From: Burkholderiaceae bacterium | GTDB lineage: Bacteria > Patescibacteriota > Saccharimonadia > Saccharimonadales > AQU-01 | Assembly (NCBI GenBank): GCA_043788365.1 | Contig: JAYVTZ010000005.1 | Location: 77,249 to 141,248 of the forward strand | Reading direction: 5' to 3' | DNA length: 64,000 nucleotides | The notes under the pieces: model-generated | Told to the model about the DNA's origin: nothing | Seen by the model: only the letters and a program-made list of their open reading frames with translations | Database searches by the model: none | Program-made: the position numbers and the translations under genes | Shown here: positions 7,506-17,217 of the stretch, piece by piece | How positions within the stretch are numbered: position 1 is the first letter of the stretch | Layout of the letters: every line of letters begins with the position of its first letter

Positions 7506-7513
7506 TGTATAAT
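7506..7513 (+). promoter_or_regulatory. Extended -10 element TGTATAAT, 7 nt upstream of the ATG at 7521
   Basis: Read directly. No SD between it and the start codon. Confidence 0.5.
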
Positions 7514-7520
7514 ACAGCTG

Positions 7521-8414
7521 ATGTGGTTCCTATTGGCTCTTTTTGCAACTTTTATGCTGGTTATTCGGCGTACCGCTGAAAAGGAAGTTAGTGTCAGTGT
7601 TGATAGCCAAGCTATGGCTTGGTTGCAGCAAGCTATGGCCCTGCCTTTTATTATCATTACCCTATTCTTTGCTAGGTTTTATCAACCATCACAGTTATCG
7701 GCCCATTTTTGGCTAACCATGACCGTATATGTAATTTGTTGTGCGGTTGATTTGCTGTGCTACTTTAAGGCTCTTAGTCTAGCTGACATCAGTTTCGTGG
7801 CGCCACTTCTGGCCCTAACGTCTGTTGGTAATACTATCGGTTCATACTTTGTCTTAGGCCAAAAACCGTCGACCTTTGGTATCGTCGGTATTGGTCTGAT
7901 TGTTTCGGGTGCCTACCTAGTTAATAAGGCTAAAGCCAAAGACCACGCGGCCACAAAATCCAACAAAAAAGCACTCATCTACATTCTGGCGTTGGTTGTT
8001 ATTCGTGGCTACTACTCAAATATTGAAGTGCCGATGCTACGCGCTACCAACCCAACAACTTTCAATTTTTACTCATCATTACTAACCGTGCCATCAATCC
8101 TGATTATTAGCTACCTCATCCGTGGTAAAAGTCGGCTAACACGAAGTGTTTACTGGCAAGATGTGCGAAGTAGTATCAAGAAATACTTTTGGCCACTGGC
8201 CTTTATCGGACTTACCTATACTATTAACTTGACGTCAACCTACCAAGCAAAAATTCTTAGCCCGGTTGCCGGTTATGTCGGTACCGTCAAGGCAGCCCAA
8301 GTCGTGCCAATGATGTTGATTGGTATATTTTTCTTCAAAGAAAAAGTAGTTAAATTGCAGTGGGTTGGGATAGCCATGATTATCTTTGGCCTAGTTGCCT
8401 TGGCCACAAACTAA
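7521..8414 (+). CDS. EamA/DMT-family permease (about 10 TM helices)
   Basis: 297 aa, hydrophobic throughout, with two-repeat DMT-like organisation. Confidence 0.7.
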   Translation: MWFLLALFATFMLVIRRTAEKEVSVSVDSQAMAWLQQAMALPFIIITLFFARFYQPSQLSAHFWLTMTVYVICCAVDLLCYFKALSLADISFVAPLLALTSVGNTIGSYFVLGQKPSTFGIVGIGLIVSGAYLVNKAKAKDHAATKSNKKALIYILALVVIRGYYSNIEVPMLRATNPTTFNFYSSLLTVPSILIISYLIRGKSRLTRSVYWQDVRSSIKKYFWPLAFIGLTYTINLTSTYQAKILSPVAGYVGTVKAAQVVPMMLIGIFFFKEKVVKLQWVGIAMIIFGLVALATN

Positions 8415-8427
8415 TAACTAATAGCTA

Positions 8428-10551
8428 CTAGTCAACACGGGCGTCTTGGTTGAGTAGTTTGGCGCGCATTTGCTGGAAACGTTTTTGCATGTCTTCAGCT
8501 TGCTGTTCTGGTGGTTTGACAGCTTCGGCAGGCTTATTATCCTGACTATTGTCGCTACCTGGACCCTTGCCGCCACTAATAATGTTGACGACTGGGATGA
8601 CAATTGGGCTACGCTGGGTTTGTTCAAACAGGAAGTGCGTGACGTGTTCACGCAGCTCAACCTTGAAGCGATCGAGGTCAATCCGTTTGAAGCGTTGACT
8701 AACTGCCCGACGTAGCTCGGCACGGAACTCGTTCATTAGTTCTTCACTGTCACGCATGTATATGAAGCCACGACTTATGATATCTGGACTAGTCAACAAA
8801 TTACCGGTCTTTTTATCAATGGTTAGGATGACGGCGACTAAGCCCTCCTCGGCTAGCATAACGCGGTCTTTGACGACAATGTTACTGACAATCGCGCCGG
8901 TCTGGTCGACTAGGACGGTGCCATGAGGAACATTGCCAATAATTTCGACCTTGTTTGGTGTCAGCGAAATAATGTCACCGTTTTCACCGTTCATAGTGTT
9001 AGCGCGTGGCACGCCGTGTTCAATCGCCAGTTCAATGTGACGCTGTTTGACGCGGAAGGCGCCGTAGATTGGAATGAAAAACTTTGGTTTAGTCATATTA
9101 ATCATCTCGGCATATTCGTCTTGTGAGGCGTGGCCTGATACGTGCAGTGGCCCGATACCGTCAAGTTCGTGGTTACGGTGTTCAAAAACGTGCACGCCCT
9201 TGCGGACCATGTCGTCAACCATGACACCAATTAGGGCATCGTTGCCACTTTCCGGGATTGGTGAAGAACTCAGGACTACGGTATCTTGTTCTTTTAGTTT
9301 GATATGCTTGTGCTCGCCTGCGGCCATACGCTGCAAGGCTGAGTTTGGTTCGCCTTGGCTACCAGTACAAACGATGACGACGCCGCTGTCAGGTAGAGTT
9401 GGTACACTGGCAATCGGTACGATGGTGCCTTTTGGAATCCGCACAAAACCATGGCGTACGGCCATTTCGAGCGTACTAACTAGGCTTCTACCATCAAGTG
9501 CAATCTTCTTGTTGTTATTAACTGCGGCGTTAATAACAGATTGAACACGGTTAATATTGGTCGAGAACATGGCCATAAAGATACGGCCTGGAGCCTTTTG
9601 CATGATTTCGGTAAAGGTCGGCTCGATAATACTCTCTGACGGCGTGCGACCGATACGGTCGGCGGTGGTACTTTCACTCAGTAGCGCCAGAACTCCCTCG
9701 TTGCCGAGCTGAATGAGGCGTTCGGTGTCAGTTTTTTCGTGGTCGAGCGGATTAGGGTCAAGTCTGAAATCACCAGTGTTTATGATACGGCCGATTGGCG
9801 TATCAAGCACGATGCAGGTACTACCCGGAATCGAGTGTGTAATACGTACGAATTCAACGAAGAAAGCTCCGACCTTGAGTCGTTCGTGAGTATTCTCGTT
9901 CATAGTCACTGTCTTTAGTTCAAAGCCATCGGGCATCGGCAGGCCAAAATTGCCGAAGATTTCCTCGACACGACCGATTGAAAACTTAGAGCCATAAATT
10001 GGCGCCGGGAACTTCGGTACGATATGCGGCAAAGCGCCGATGTGGTCAAGGTGTCCGTGGGTAATTAAGTAGCCACGGAGTTTGTGCTTGATGCTTTCCA
10101 GGTAAGTGGTGTCGGCAATGCCGTAGTTAATGCCTGGCAAATCAACACCGAGGTCGTTACCACAGTCCATGATGACGGCGTCGTTCATATACTCGACGAC
10201 CATCATATTCTTGGAGCCACCACCGTCCATACCGCCGAGACCAATTATCTTAAGTCTAGGCTGGTCGTCGATAAAATTTGCCCGCTGTGGGTTAATGCTG
10301 ACTGTTTGGCCGGTGGCATCAGAGTACTGATTGACCAGGCGGGTAGCGTCCTCTTGGGTACGCTTTTGGGCCCGAATAGCTGCTCCGCGCGAAGCTCGGC
10401 TACCGCCACCGGAGTTGCCACCATTTTGTGACTGGCCACGGTTATGGTTATTGTTATTACCACCCCCCGGGCGGCCACCATTATTCTGAGGTGGTTTATT
10501 ATTTGGTTGGTTTGGGCGACTATCGGGTCGTCCTTGGTTGTTTGGATTCAT
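8428..10551 (-). CDS. rnj: Ribonuclease J with low-complexity N/G/R-rich N-terminal extension
   Basis: Metallo-beta-lactamase motif ITHGHLDHIG plus beta-CASP organisation. The first ~55 aa are N/G/P/R-rich. Confidence 0.9.
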   Translation of the reverse strand: MNPNNQGRPDSRPNQPNNKPPQNNGGRPGGGNNNNHNRGQSQNGGNSGGGSRASRGAAIRAQKRTQEDATRLVNQYSDATGQTVSINPQRANFIDDQPRLKIIGLGGMDGGGSKNMMVVEYMNDAVIMDCGNDLGVDLPGINYGIADTTYLESIKHKLRGYLITHGHLDHIGALPHIVPKFPAPIYGSKFSIGRVEEIFGNFGLPMPDGFELKTVTMNENTHERLKVGAFFVEFVRITHSIPGSTCIVLDTPIGRIINTGDFRLDPNPLDHEKTDTERLIQLGNEGVLALLSESTTADRIGRTPSESIIEPTFTEIMQKAPGRIFMAMFSTNINRVQSVINAAVNNNKKIALDGRSLVSTLEMAVRHGFVRIPKGTIVPIASVPTLPDSGVVIVCTGSQGEPNSALQRMAAGEHKHIKLKEQDTVVLSSSPIPESGNDALIGVMVDDMVRKGVHVFEHRNHELDGIGPLHVSGHASQDEYAEMINMTKPKFFIPIYGAFRVKQRHIELAIEHGVPRANTMNGENGDIISLTPNKVEIIGNVPHGTVLVDQTGAIVSNIVVKDRVMLAEEGLVAVILTIDKKTGNLLTSPDIISRGFIYMRDSEELMNEFRAELRRAVSQRFKRIDLDRFKVELREHVTHFLFEQTQRSPIVIPVVNIISGGKGPGSDNSQDNKPAEAVKPPEQQAEDMQKRFQQMRAKLLNQDARVD

Positions 10552-10638
10552 ATATTTCCTTTTCTTTCTTATTATTTTTAGTTAATATTTTGAATTTCTT
10601 AAATTAAGTTTGATGATTGCCCTGGGCGGTCGACATCT

Positions 10639-11214
10639 CTAGATCTCCTTGATCTTGTCGATAATCGCTGGAATTTTTGCAAAGTCATCGATTAATGTTT
10701 GGCGCAATGCTCCGTTATATAGAGCAGCTGCTGGGTGAAATAGTGGTAGATAAATTCTGCCCTTATATCTCAGAGCCTTGCCGTGCATGGAGCTGATTGT
10801 AGCCCCAGGTGATAATAGCGCTTCCATGCTATGACGACCTAGAGTGATAATCAACTTTGGCTCAATTACGTCGAGCTGTTCAAGCAGATATGGCAAAAAC
10901 GCTTGCTTCTCGCTCGGTAGCGGGTCCCGATTATTCGGCGGCCGATACTTAACGATATTGGTAATGTAAATGTCCGAGCGACTAAGGCCAATTGTGTCGA
11001 GCATTTCATTTAAGAACTTACCCGAGGCACCAACAAATGGTTCACCCTTCAGATCTTCTTGCTTGCCGGGCGCTTCGCCGATAAAAACCAGTTCAGCGTC
11101 GGGGTTACCGACCCCAAAGACCAACTGTGTCGCCTGTTTGGCCAGATCCGAGCAAATATTTTTGTCTAAAATATCTGCTTTAATTTGGTCAAGACGACTG
11201 TGCTTGCTTATCAC
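10639..11214 (-). CDS. Uracil-DNA glycosylase, family 4
   Basis: Motifs GEAPGKQEDLKGEPFVGASGKFL and HPAAAL. GTG start. Confidence 0.85.
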   Translation of the reverse strand: MISKHSRLDQIKADILDKNICSDLAKQATQLVFGVGNPDAELVFIGEAPGKQEDLKGEPFVGASGKFLNEMLDTIGLSRSDIYITNIVKYRPPNNRDPLPSEKQAFLPYLLEQLDVIEPKLIITLGRHSMEALLSPGATISSMHGKALRYKGRIYLPLFHPAAALYNGALRQTLIDDFAKIPAIIDKIKEI

Positions 11215-11488
11215 TTTTACTTTTCTCGTCTTTAGTGGCTATGCTCAAAGTTCGATATTTTTTATAAGAACTTTTTAATATTGGTATATAAACAATGAAG
11301 AATATTGTGTCGCCAACAGTAACGAGTAAGTTCCTTTTAGCGTCTAAAATATTGGTTACAAAAGCCATTCCAAATATAAATGTCGCTAAAAAGTTCCAAA
11401 ATAACCAATATTTAGACGACTTTAGGTCTAGGTAGTCAGTAATGTCTGCCTGTTTTACTTGATGTTTTGTTTTAACTCTTTTGTCCAT
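11189..11488 (-). CDS. Small membrane protein (2 predicted TM), 99 aa
   Basis: Its ATG overlaps the upstream stop (TAATG). Hydrophobic hairpin plus a basic tail. Confidence 0.5.
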   Translation of the reverse strand: MDKRVKTKHQVKQADITDYLDLKSSKYWLFWNFLATFIFGMAFVTNILDAKRNLLVTVGDTIFFIVYIPILKSSYKKYRTLSIATKDEKSKSDKQAQSS

Positions 11489-11700
11489 TATTTTTTTGCC
11501 TTTGCCTTTGTGTCGCGGGTAAATTTAAATAAATTGTTCACCGCGCCGAAAAATAACACGAATGCTAGCCCATAGACAATTAGGCTACCGTCATCAACTG
11601 CTAAGCTGCCTAGCAAGTAAGCAATGGCCAGCTCAAATAATCCAAAAGCTAGAAAGCCTTGTTTGGTCTGATGCCAATGGTCTAATTTACTTAAATTCAT
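11488..11700 (-). CDS. Small membrane protein (2 predicted TM), 70 aa
   Basis: Hydrophobic hairpin with a K-rich tail. Starts 4 nt after the upstream stop. Confidence 0.5.
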   Translation of the reverse strand: MNLSKLDHWHQTKQGFLAFGLFELAIAYLLGSLAVDDGSLIVYGLAFVLFFGAVNNLFKFTRDTKAKAKK

Positions 11701-11704
11701 AGTG

Positions 11705-11866
11705 CTACTTCTTTTTTTCGAAATGCTTACCTATATAAAAACCTGTGACGAGAGAGGCAGTCAGAAATATCGCATTGGCTAACGTCATGTGGCTTAGTTT
11801 TGCATAAGCTAGGTCCAGAACTACTCCTAATACGATTAAGTATGGGTTATTAAGTTTTTTCTTCAT
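11705..11866 (-). CDS. Small membrane protein, 53 aa (below the track cutoff)
   Basis: Own translation: MKKKLNNPYLIVLGVVLDLAYAKLSHMTLANAIFLTASLVTGFYIGKHFEKKK. The ATG is 1 nt after the pnp stop, with GAAGGAAAGG upstream. Confidence 0.4.
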   Translation of the reverse strand: MKKKLNNPYLIVLGVVLDLAYAKLSHMTLANAIFLTASLVTGFYIGKHFEKKK

Positions 11867-11867
11867 A

Positions 11868-14003
11868 CTATGCCTTTCCTTCTAGCTCTCTTTTAGCCGC
11901 TTTCATTGAAAGCTGCAGACGACCACGGTCATCAATCGCGACTAATTTAACCGTCACGCTGTCGCCTTCTTTGACGACATCACTCGGGCTGGCGACGCGC
12001 TCTTCGCTCATTTCACTAACGTGGACTAAACCCTCTTTGCCAGGTAATATTTCAACAAATGCACCAAAGTCGAGCACGCTAACAACACGGCAATTTTCGT
12101 AGATATGACCGACTTCTGGCATGGCCGTTAGGTCGTTAATCCACTTGATGGCGCCGTCGATTGACTCCTTAGTTGGGCTGGCGATGAAGACTGTACCATC
12201 GTCTTTGATGTCGATTTCAGCACCAGTTTCGGCGATAATGCGGTTAATCATTTCACCACCCTTACCGATGACAGTACGGATCATTTCCGGATTAATTTTA
12301 ATGGCTTCGACGTGTGGCGCGTATGGGCTAATTTCTTTACGTGGCGCGGCTAGAGTCTCGAGCATGTGCTTCAAGATGTAAGCTCGGCCTTCTTTACCTT
12401 GCTGGATGGCTTTGGCTAGTGTTTCGACTGGTAGGCCGTGGACTTTCATATCCATCTGGAGAGCGGTAATGCCTTTTTCGGTGCCAGTTACCTTGAAGTC
12501 CATGTCACCGGCGAAGTCTTCGGCGTCGGCAATATCGCTCAGGATGACAATTTTATCACCGTCTTTGAGTAGACCCATAGCGATACCGCTAACTGGTCGC
12601 TTGAGTGGGACGCCGGCGTCCATAAGCGCTAAACAACTTGAGCAAGTCGCCGCCATTGAAGTGCTACCGTGCTGGCTCATGATTTCGGTGACGGAACGGA
12701 TGGTGTATGGGAATTCGGCTTCAGTCGGTAGAACGGCCTGGAGAGCACGCTCAGCTAGGGCGCTATGGCCGATTTCGCGGCGACCAGGGCCACCAAGGCG
12801 CTTGATTTCACCAACGGTGTAGCCTGGAGCATTATAGTGGTGGAAATAGCGCTTCTCACCTTCTTTTTCCATAGTATCGATTAACTGCACATAGCTAAGT
12901 GGTGCTAATGTGACAATATTCATGCCCTGCGTCATGCCGCGGGTAAATAGGCTTGAGCCGTGGGCCCGAGGCAAAATACCGACTTCGCTCGAAAGTACAC
13001 GGATGTCGGTAAACTTACGGCCATCAGGACGCAGTCCGTCTTCCAAGATACCCTTACGGACGTCTTTGTTGATAGCCGATGCAAAAGCGTCCTCGTAGTC
13101 AGTTTTAACGGCGTGGAAATCTTCGCCTAAGAGCTCTTCAAAATGCTTCATGATGTCTTGACGAATAACGTGCAAACGCTCGTGGCGAACTGGGTAGTCG
13201 GTGCGAACTTTGTCGCCTAACTTACCCTTTAAGTAATCGTTGACTTGAGTCTGGATGTCTTCACTTGGTAAACTAAGCTCAAACTCTTGCTTAACAACAC
13301 CAACCTTCTTGATTAGTTCTTCTTGGAGAGCAATCGCTGGTTGCATGGCTTTCCCTGCAAAATCCAGAGCTTCAACAACTTGTTCTTCGGTGACTTCGTT
13401 GGCGCCAGCTTCAACCATCATAATTGCGTCCTTAGTACCGGCTACAAATAGGTCTAGTAGTCCTTCCGAAAGCTGGTCAGCTGAGGCAAAAGGAGTCAAC
13501 TTGCCGTCAACCATGCCAACGCGTAGACCAGCCACTGGGCCATCAAACGGCGCACCAGTCAGCATAAAGGCGGCACTGAGCGCAATCATGGCAATGGCGT
13601 CAGGCCTAAAGCTTGGGTCAAGGCTAAGTACAGTAGCAACGCCTTGAACTTCGTGACGATAGCCCTTAGGCCAGAGTGGACGGATAGGACGATCGATTAA
13701 ACGACCGATGAGGACAGCGTCATCTGATGGACGACCTTCGCGCTTTACATAACGGCTGCCGCTGATCTTACCAGCTGCATACATTCTTTCTTCATATTCG
13801 ATTGCTAACGGAAAATAATCGAAGCCCTTCATTGGACCATTGCTCACCATAGCGGTGGCTAGAATAACCGTATCGCCATAGGTAGCCGTAACGGCTGACG
13901 TCGAACGAAAGCCGACGCGGCCAACTTCTAAACTAAGTGTTTTGCCACAAAACTGAGTTTCTACTTTAATAATTTCTTTACCGAACGGGTTAATAGTTCC
14001 CAT
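11868..14003 (-). CDS. pnp: Polyribonucleotide nucleotidyltransferase (PNPase)
   Basis: Two RNase PH domains plus KH and S1 domains. Start set at the ATG at 14001-14003, which has AAGGAAG upstream. Confidence 0.95.
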   Translation of the reverse strand: MGTINPFGKEIIKVETQFCGKTLSLEVGRVGFRSTSAVTATYGDTVILATAMVSNGPMKGFDYFPLAIEYEERMYAAGKISGSRYVKREGRPSDDAVLIGRLIDRPIRPLWPKGYRHEVQGVATVLSLDPSFRPDAIAMIALSAAFMLTGAPFDGPVAGLRVGMVDGKLTPFASADQLSEGLLDLFVAGTKDAIMMVEAGANEVTEEQVVEALDFAGKAMQPAIALQEELIKKVGVVKQEFELSLPSEDIQTQVNDYLKGKLGDKVRTDYPVRHERLHVIRQDIMKHFEELLGEDFHAVKTDYEDAFASAINKDVRKGILEDGLRPDGRKFTDIRVLSSEVGILPRAHGSSLFTRGMTQGMNIVTLAPLSYVQLIDTMEKEGEKRYFHHYNAPGYTVGEIKRLGGPGRREIGHSALAERALQAVLPTEAEFPYTIRSVTEIMSQHGSTSMAATCSSCLALMDAGVPLKRPVSGIAMGLLKDGDKIVILSDIADAEDFAGDMDFKVTGTEKGITALQMDMKVHGLPVETLAKAIQQGKEGRAYILKHMLETLAAPRKEISPYAPHVEAIKINPEMIRTVIGKGGEMINRIIAETGAEIDIKDDGTVFIASPTKESIDGAIKWINDLTAMPEVGHIYENCRVVSVLDFGAFVEILPGKEGLVHVSEMSEERVASPSDVVKEGDSVTVKLVAIDDRGRLQLSMKAAKRELEGKA

Positions 14004-14109
14004 ATTCTTCCTTTTCCAGCAAGTGATAAGGTTCAACTACCCTTTTACTCGTCAAATAGACGAAAGGAAGCTGTGCTCTATCACCTGCTATTAATTTTCT
14101 GTATGTACC

Positions 14110-14160
14110 CTAGAATTTAGATTCTAGATTTTGGGTGCCAGTGTATTTGTCGGCACCCAA
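14110..14160 (-). promoter_or_regulatory. Two hairpins between rpsO and pnp (rpsO terminator / pnp leader-type structure)
   Basis: CTAGAAT ttag ATTCTAG (14110-14127), and TTGGGTGCC N12 GGCACCCAA (14131-14160). Confidence 0.45.
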
Positions 14161-14175
14161 ATGTCCAAGGCTAAA

Positions 14176-14442
14176 TTAGCGACGGATACCGAGTTTTTTA
14201 ATCAGATTTAGATACTTCGTACTGTCTTCATCAGCGATGTAGCGTAGTAAACGGCGACGTTGACCAACCATCTGTAGTAGTCCACGACGTGCCGCAAAAT
14301 CTTTCTTATTGATTTTGAGGTGCTCGGTTAGCTCTTTGATACGCTCGGTCAAAATTGCCGCTTGTACGGCTTCTGAGCCATTATCAGTTTTGTGGGCTTG
14401 GTTAGCTTTGATAGCTACGCTTTTCTTCTCTGTTGAAATCAT
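14176..14442 (-). CDS. rpsO: 30S ribosomal protein S15
   Basis: 88 aa. LTERIKELTEHLKINKKDFAARRGLLQMVGQRRRLLRYI is typical of S15. Confidence 0.95.
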   Translation of the reverse strand: MISTEKKSVAIKANQAHKTDNGSEAVQAAILTERIKELTEHLKINKKDFAARRGLLQMVGQRRRLLRYIADEDSTKYLNLIKKLGIRR

Positions 14443-14491
14443 GTGGTCCTTTAAAAATTAGTTGGTTAGAGATTGATGATGATTTGCTCTT

Positions 14492-14520
14492 ATTCTACTA
14501 CAGTTAATCTGTTATTACAA
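14492..14520 (-). promoter_or_regulatory. Candidate rpsO promoter TTGTAA-N17-TAGAAT
   Basis: Minus strand: TTGTAA (14515-14520), 17-nt spacer, TAGAAT (14492-14497). Confidence 0.45.
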
Positions 14521-14530
14521 GGGGTGAAGT

Positions 14531-15448
14531 TCACGCTGCCTGGCGCCGACTTCTTACGTCCTTAAGCCAGTCAGCAATAGGTGCCATCTGTTTACCACTA
14601 GCTCTGGTGTTCAAATTGGTATGACTTCCGGGTATTTCGATAATTAAATCCTCTGCTCCCACCTTAGATAACGAGGCCCTATACTCATCAATCTCAAATA
14701 CTGGGTCAGTTTTACCGGCAAAGACTGCTACGTCATGATCCTGGGCTAGTTCTGCTACCTCTTCTGAAATATCAATACTAAGCCCAAAGGCTAACTTACT
14801 GTAAAGTCGTCGCTGGCCGGTTGTCTCATCCCTGGCTATAAAGTCACTGGCAGCCCTTTTACCAACTTCATAGCCCCCCAATAAAATAGCCGGATAGAGT
14901 AGCGGATTTTGTTCAATCTTCAGGTTGTTTTTGATAGCTAAACGCTTAATAAATTCAGCTCGCTTTGCTTCAAGGGTATCGCCAAATGCCTCAGGCGTAA
15001 GGCCAACCGGACTCCAGGCCGCTACCGCACCAAATGCCTCAGGCGTACGAGTAGCTGCGAAGAGTGCCGCTCCTCCACCCTGAGAGTGACCTTCTAAGTC
15101 AACTGCCCTATCTTCACGGTTACCAGCTCGTATATTATATTCGCGAGCAACAGCCAGTGGGGCCTCGACTAGAGTACGCTCGATATTTACTGAGTCAGCT
15201 GGTAGACTATTGAATTGAAGCACGACCCCAACGCTTGGTAGCCCAAGACCACCCAACCTTCTAACACCACGCTTGGTCGCCATCATCTCTTCACCTAAAC
15301 CGCCATACAAATGGAGCTGATCTTGCTCTTGTTTTAATGCATCGGGGTGTAAAACAATACCTACAGGCACGTCTCGAACAAGTCCATTAACTTTGGGCTG
15401 CCACATAAACACTTCGCTAGTTGGGCTATTTTCTGACCTACGACTCAT
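14531..15448 (-). CDS. Alpha/beta-hydrolase-like protein (GxSxG nucleophile elbow), function unknown
   Basis: LEGHSQGGGAAL matches the G-H-S-Q-G serine hydrolase motif. TGCTATAAT lies 9 nt upstream of the ATG. Confidence 0.55.
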   Translation of the reverse strand: MSRRSENSPTSEVFMWQPKVNGLVRDVPVGIVLHPDALKQEQDQLHLYGGLGEEMMATKRGVRRLGGLGLPSVGVVLQFNSLPADSVNIERTLVEAPLAVAREYNIRAGNREDRAVDLEGHSQGGGAALFAATRTPEAFGAVAAWSPVGLTPEAFGDTLEAKRAEFIKRLAIKNNLKIEQNPLLYPAILLGGYEVGKRAASDFIARDETTGQRRLYSKLAFGLSIDISEEVAELAQDHDVAVFAGKTDPVFEIDEYRASLSKVGAEDLIIEIPGSHTNLNTRASGKQMAPIADWLKDVRSRRQAA

Positions 15449-15482
15449 TTAAGGGATATTATAGCAAATTTACTGTGTTTTG

Positions 15483-17150
15483 TCAAAGCGCTAGTGGTTC
15501 TGCTATTTCGCAGGTAGTGCCACCAATGTTATTCGAGAAGTAACTATCGTGCGATATGTATATAATCGCGCCGTGATATTGCTTGAGGGCATCCTCTAAC
15601 TCCTCTATCGATGGCAGGTCAAGGTGGTTGGTCGGTTCATCCAGAATTAGTATCTGTGGGTCGCCGGCTAACATATTCATTAGTTGGAAACGGGCTTTTT
15701 GGCCACCGCTTAGTTGGCTAATTGGAAACTTACCGTCGGTGGCTGGGTTGAATAAATAGTCACCGAGTAGCTGCTTAATTTTTTGATCATTAATTGGCAC
15801 GTCCTTGGCCATAAAAGCTTGTTCAATCGCGTGCTCTAATGACATATCCAAATACTTTGGGTCAATTTCTTGCTCATAGACACCAATTTTAATCTGTTTC
15901 TCGATGGCAATGACACCGGCAAACTTTTTACTCGCCGGCTCCTCTTCATTTGACTTGGCGATAATCGCTTGGACTAAAGTTGTCTTACCGGCGCCGTTTC
16001 GACCATGCAATCGCAAACGGTCACCTTCTCTAAGCTGGAAGTTGACGTTGTCAAAAAGCGGTATGACGTAGCCAAGGCTTAGCTTGGTAACGTCGATAAG
16101 CAGCCGACTTGAGCTGGTGTCGGCCGTACGCGTTCTAACTCGAATATTCTTAGCTTTGTGCTCCTCATAAGCATTACTCATTTTATTGTTCAAGTTCTCA
16201 GCAGATTCCCTATCAATCCAAAAACTAGGCTTTTCGGTAGCCTGTAATGCAGCCAACTCAGCTGTAGCCTTAATTTCCTGACCTTTAAAGCGCTTGATGG
16301 TGCCTGGGTCGTTGGCGCGCTCTTTGAGACGACGGAAACGGACAATATCTTCCTTAAGATTGGCAATGCGGCGTTGAATAACGGTGTATTCGTTAACCTC
16401 AGAGGTGATTTTGATGGCGTTGATGCGTAAGTAGTCGTCGTAGTTGCCTTTGTATGGGAAAGCTTGACCATCGCGAATCTCAATAATCCGATCAACTTCT
16501 TTTAAAACGTCTCGGTCGTGAGTAATAACAACCACGGCTTCGCGGGCTGATTTTAACCATTTAATAAAGGCTTCTTTAGCGACAAAGTCCATGTGGTTGG
16601 TCGGTTCGTCGATAAGAGCGACATCAACCCTTGCCCGTTGAACTTTGACTAGTTCAACCATCCGTTTTTGGCCACCACTTAGACTAGATAATTTCATTTC
16701 TATCTTCGACGGATCAACTTGGTATGCCTGCAGAGCCTGGCCGATTTCATCCTCGATCTCGAAGTAACCAAGTTGGTTAAAGCGTTCCAAAGCTTCGTGA
16801 TAAATGTGCATCTTCTTATCACTATCACCCATGTGAGTTGGATAAGTATCTAAGATGTGTTTGAGTTTCACGAACTCCGGTAAATCACCCAAAATGTATT
16901 CAAGAACCGTTTTATTTTCGTGGCCGTGATGCTCCTGACGGCTAGCGATTACGACTGTACCTTTTTTGAACTTCACTTCACCGTCAAAATCTTTGTCGTC
17001 ACCTGTAATAATGCTAAGTAATGTGGTCTTACCAGTACCGTTGCGACCAATTAGCCCGACCTTCTCGCCTTCCTCAATACTAAGCTCAAGCCCTTCATAA
17101 AGGACCTTGTCGCCGAACGATTTATCATTAACGGTAATTTGCGCGATCAT
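15483..17150 (-). CDS. ABC-F family ATPase (two ABC domains, no TM domain)
   Basis: Two Walker A sites (GRNGTGKTT, GRNGAGKTT) and two signatures (LSGGQKRM, LSGGQKAR). Confidence 0.9.
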   Translation of the reverse strand: MIAQITVNDKSFGDKVLYEGLELSIEEGEKVGLIGRNGTGKTTLLSIITGDDKDFDGEVKFKKGTVVIASRQEHHGHENKTVLEYILGDLPEFVKLKHILDTYPTHMGDSDKKMHIYHEALERFNQLGYFEIEDEIGQALQAYQVDPSKIEMKLSSLSGGQKRMVELVKVQRARVDVALIDEPTNHMDFVAKEAFIKWLKSAREAVVVITHDRDVLKEVDRIIEIRDGQAFPYKGNYDDYLRINAIKITSEVNEYTVIQRRIANLKEDIVRFRRLKERANDPGTIKRFKGQEIKATAELAALQATEKPSFWIDRESAENLNNKMSNAYEEHKAKNIRVRTRTADTSSSRLLIDVTKLSLGYVIPLFDNVNFQLREGDRLRLHGRNGAGKTTLVQAIIAKSNEEEPASKKFAGVIAIEKQIKIGVYEQEIDPKYLDMSLEHAIEQAFMAKDVPINDQKIKQLLGDYLFNPATDGKFPISQLSGGQKARFQLMNMLAGDPQILILDEPTNHLDLPSIEELEDALKQYHGAIIYISHDSYFSNNIGGTTCEIAEPLAL

Positions 17151-17217
17151 TTTATCCTTCTATCTTGTAATCAGAGTATATTCTAGGTTATCTTGGGCAC
17201 TTTAACCTAACTTATTA

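Noticed and set aside
8418-8723. 101-aa ORF overlapping the 3' part of rnj on the same strand in another frame
   Set aside because: It is fully contained within the conserved RNase J reading frame region, with no independent start signals and a Ser/Thr-rich nonsense-like composition.
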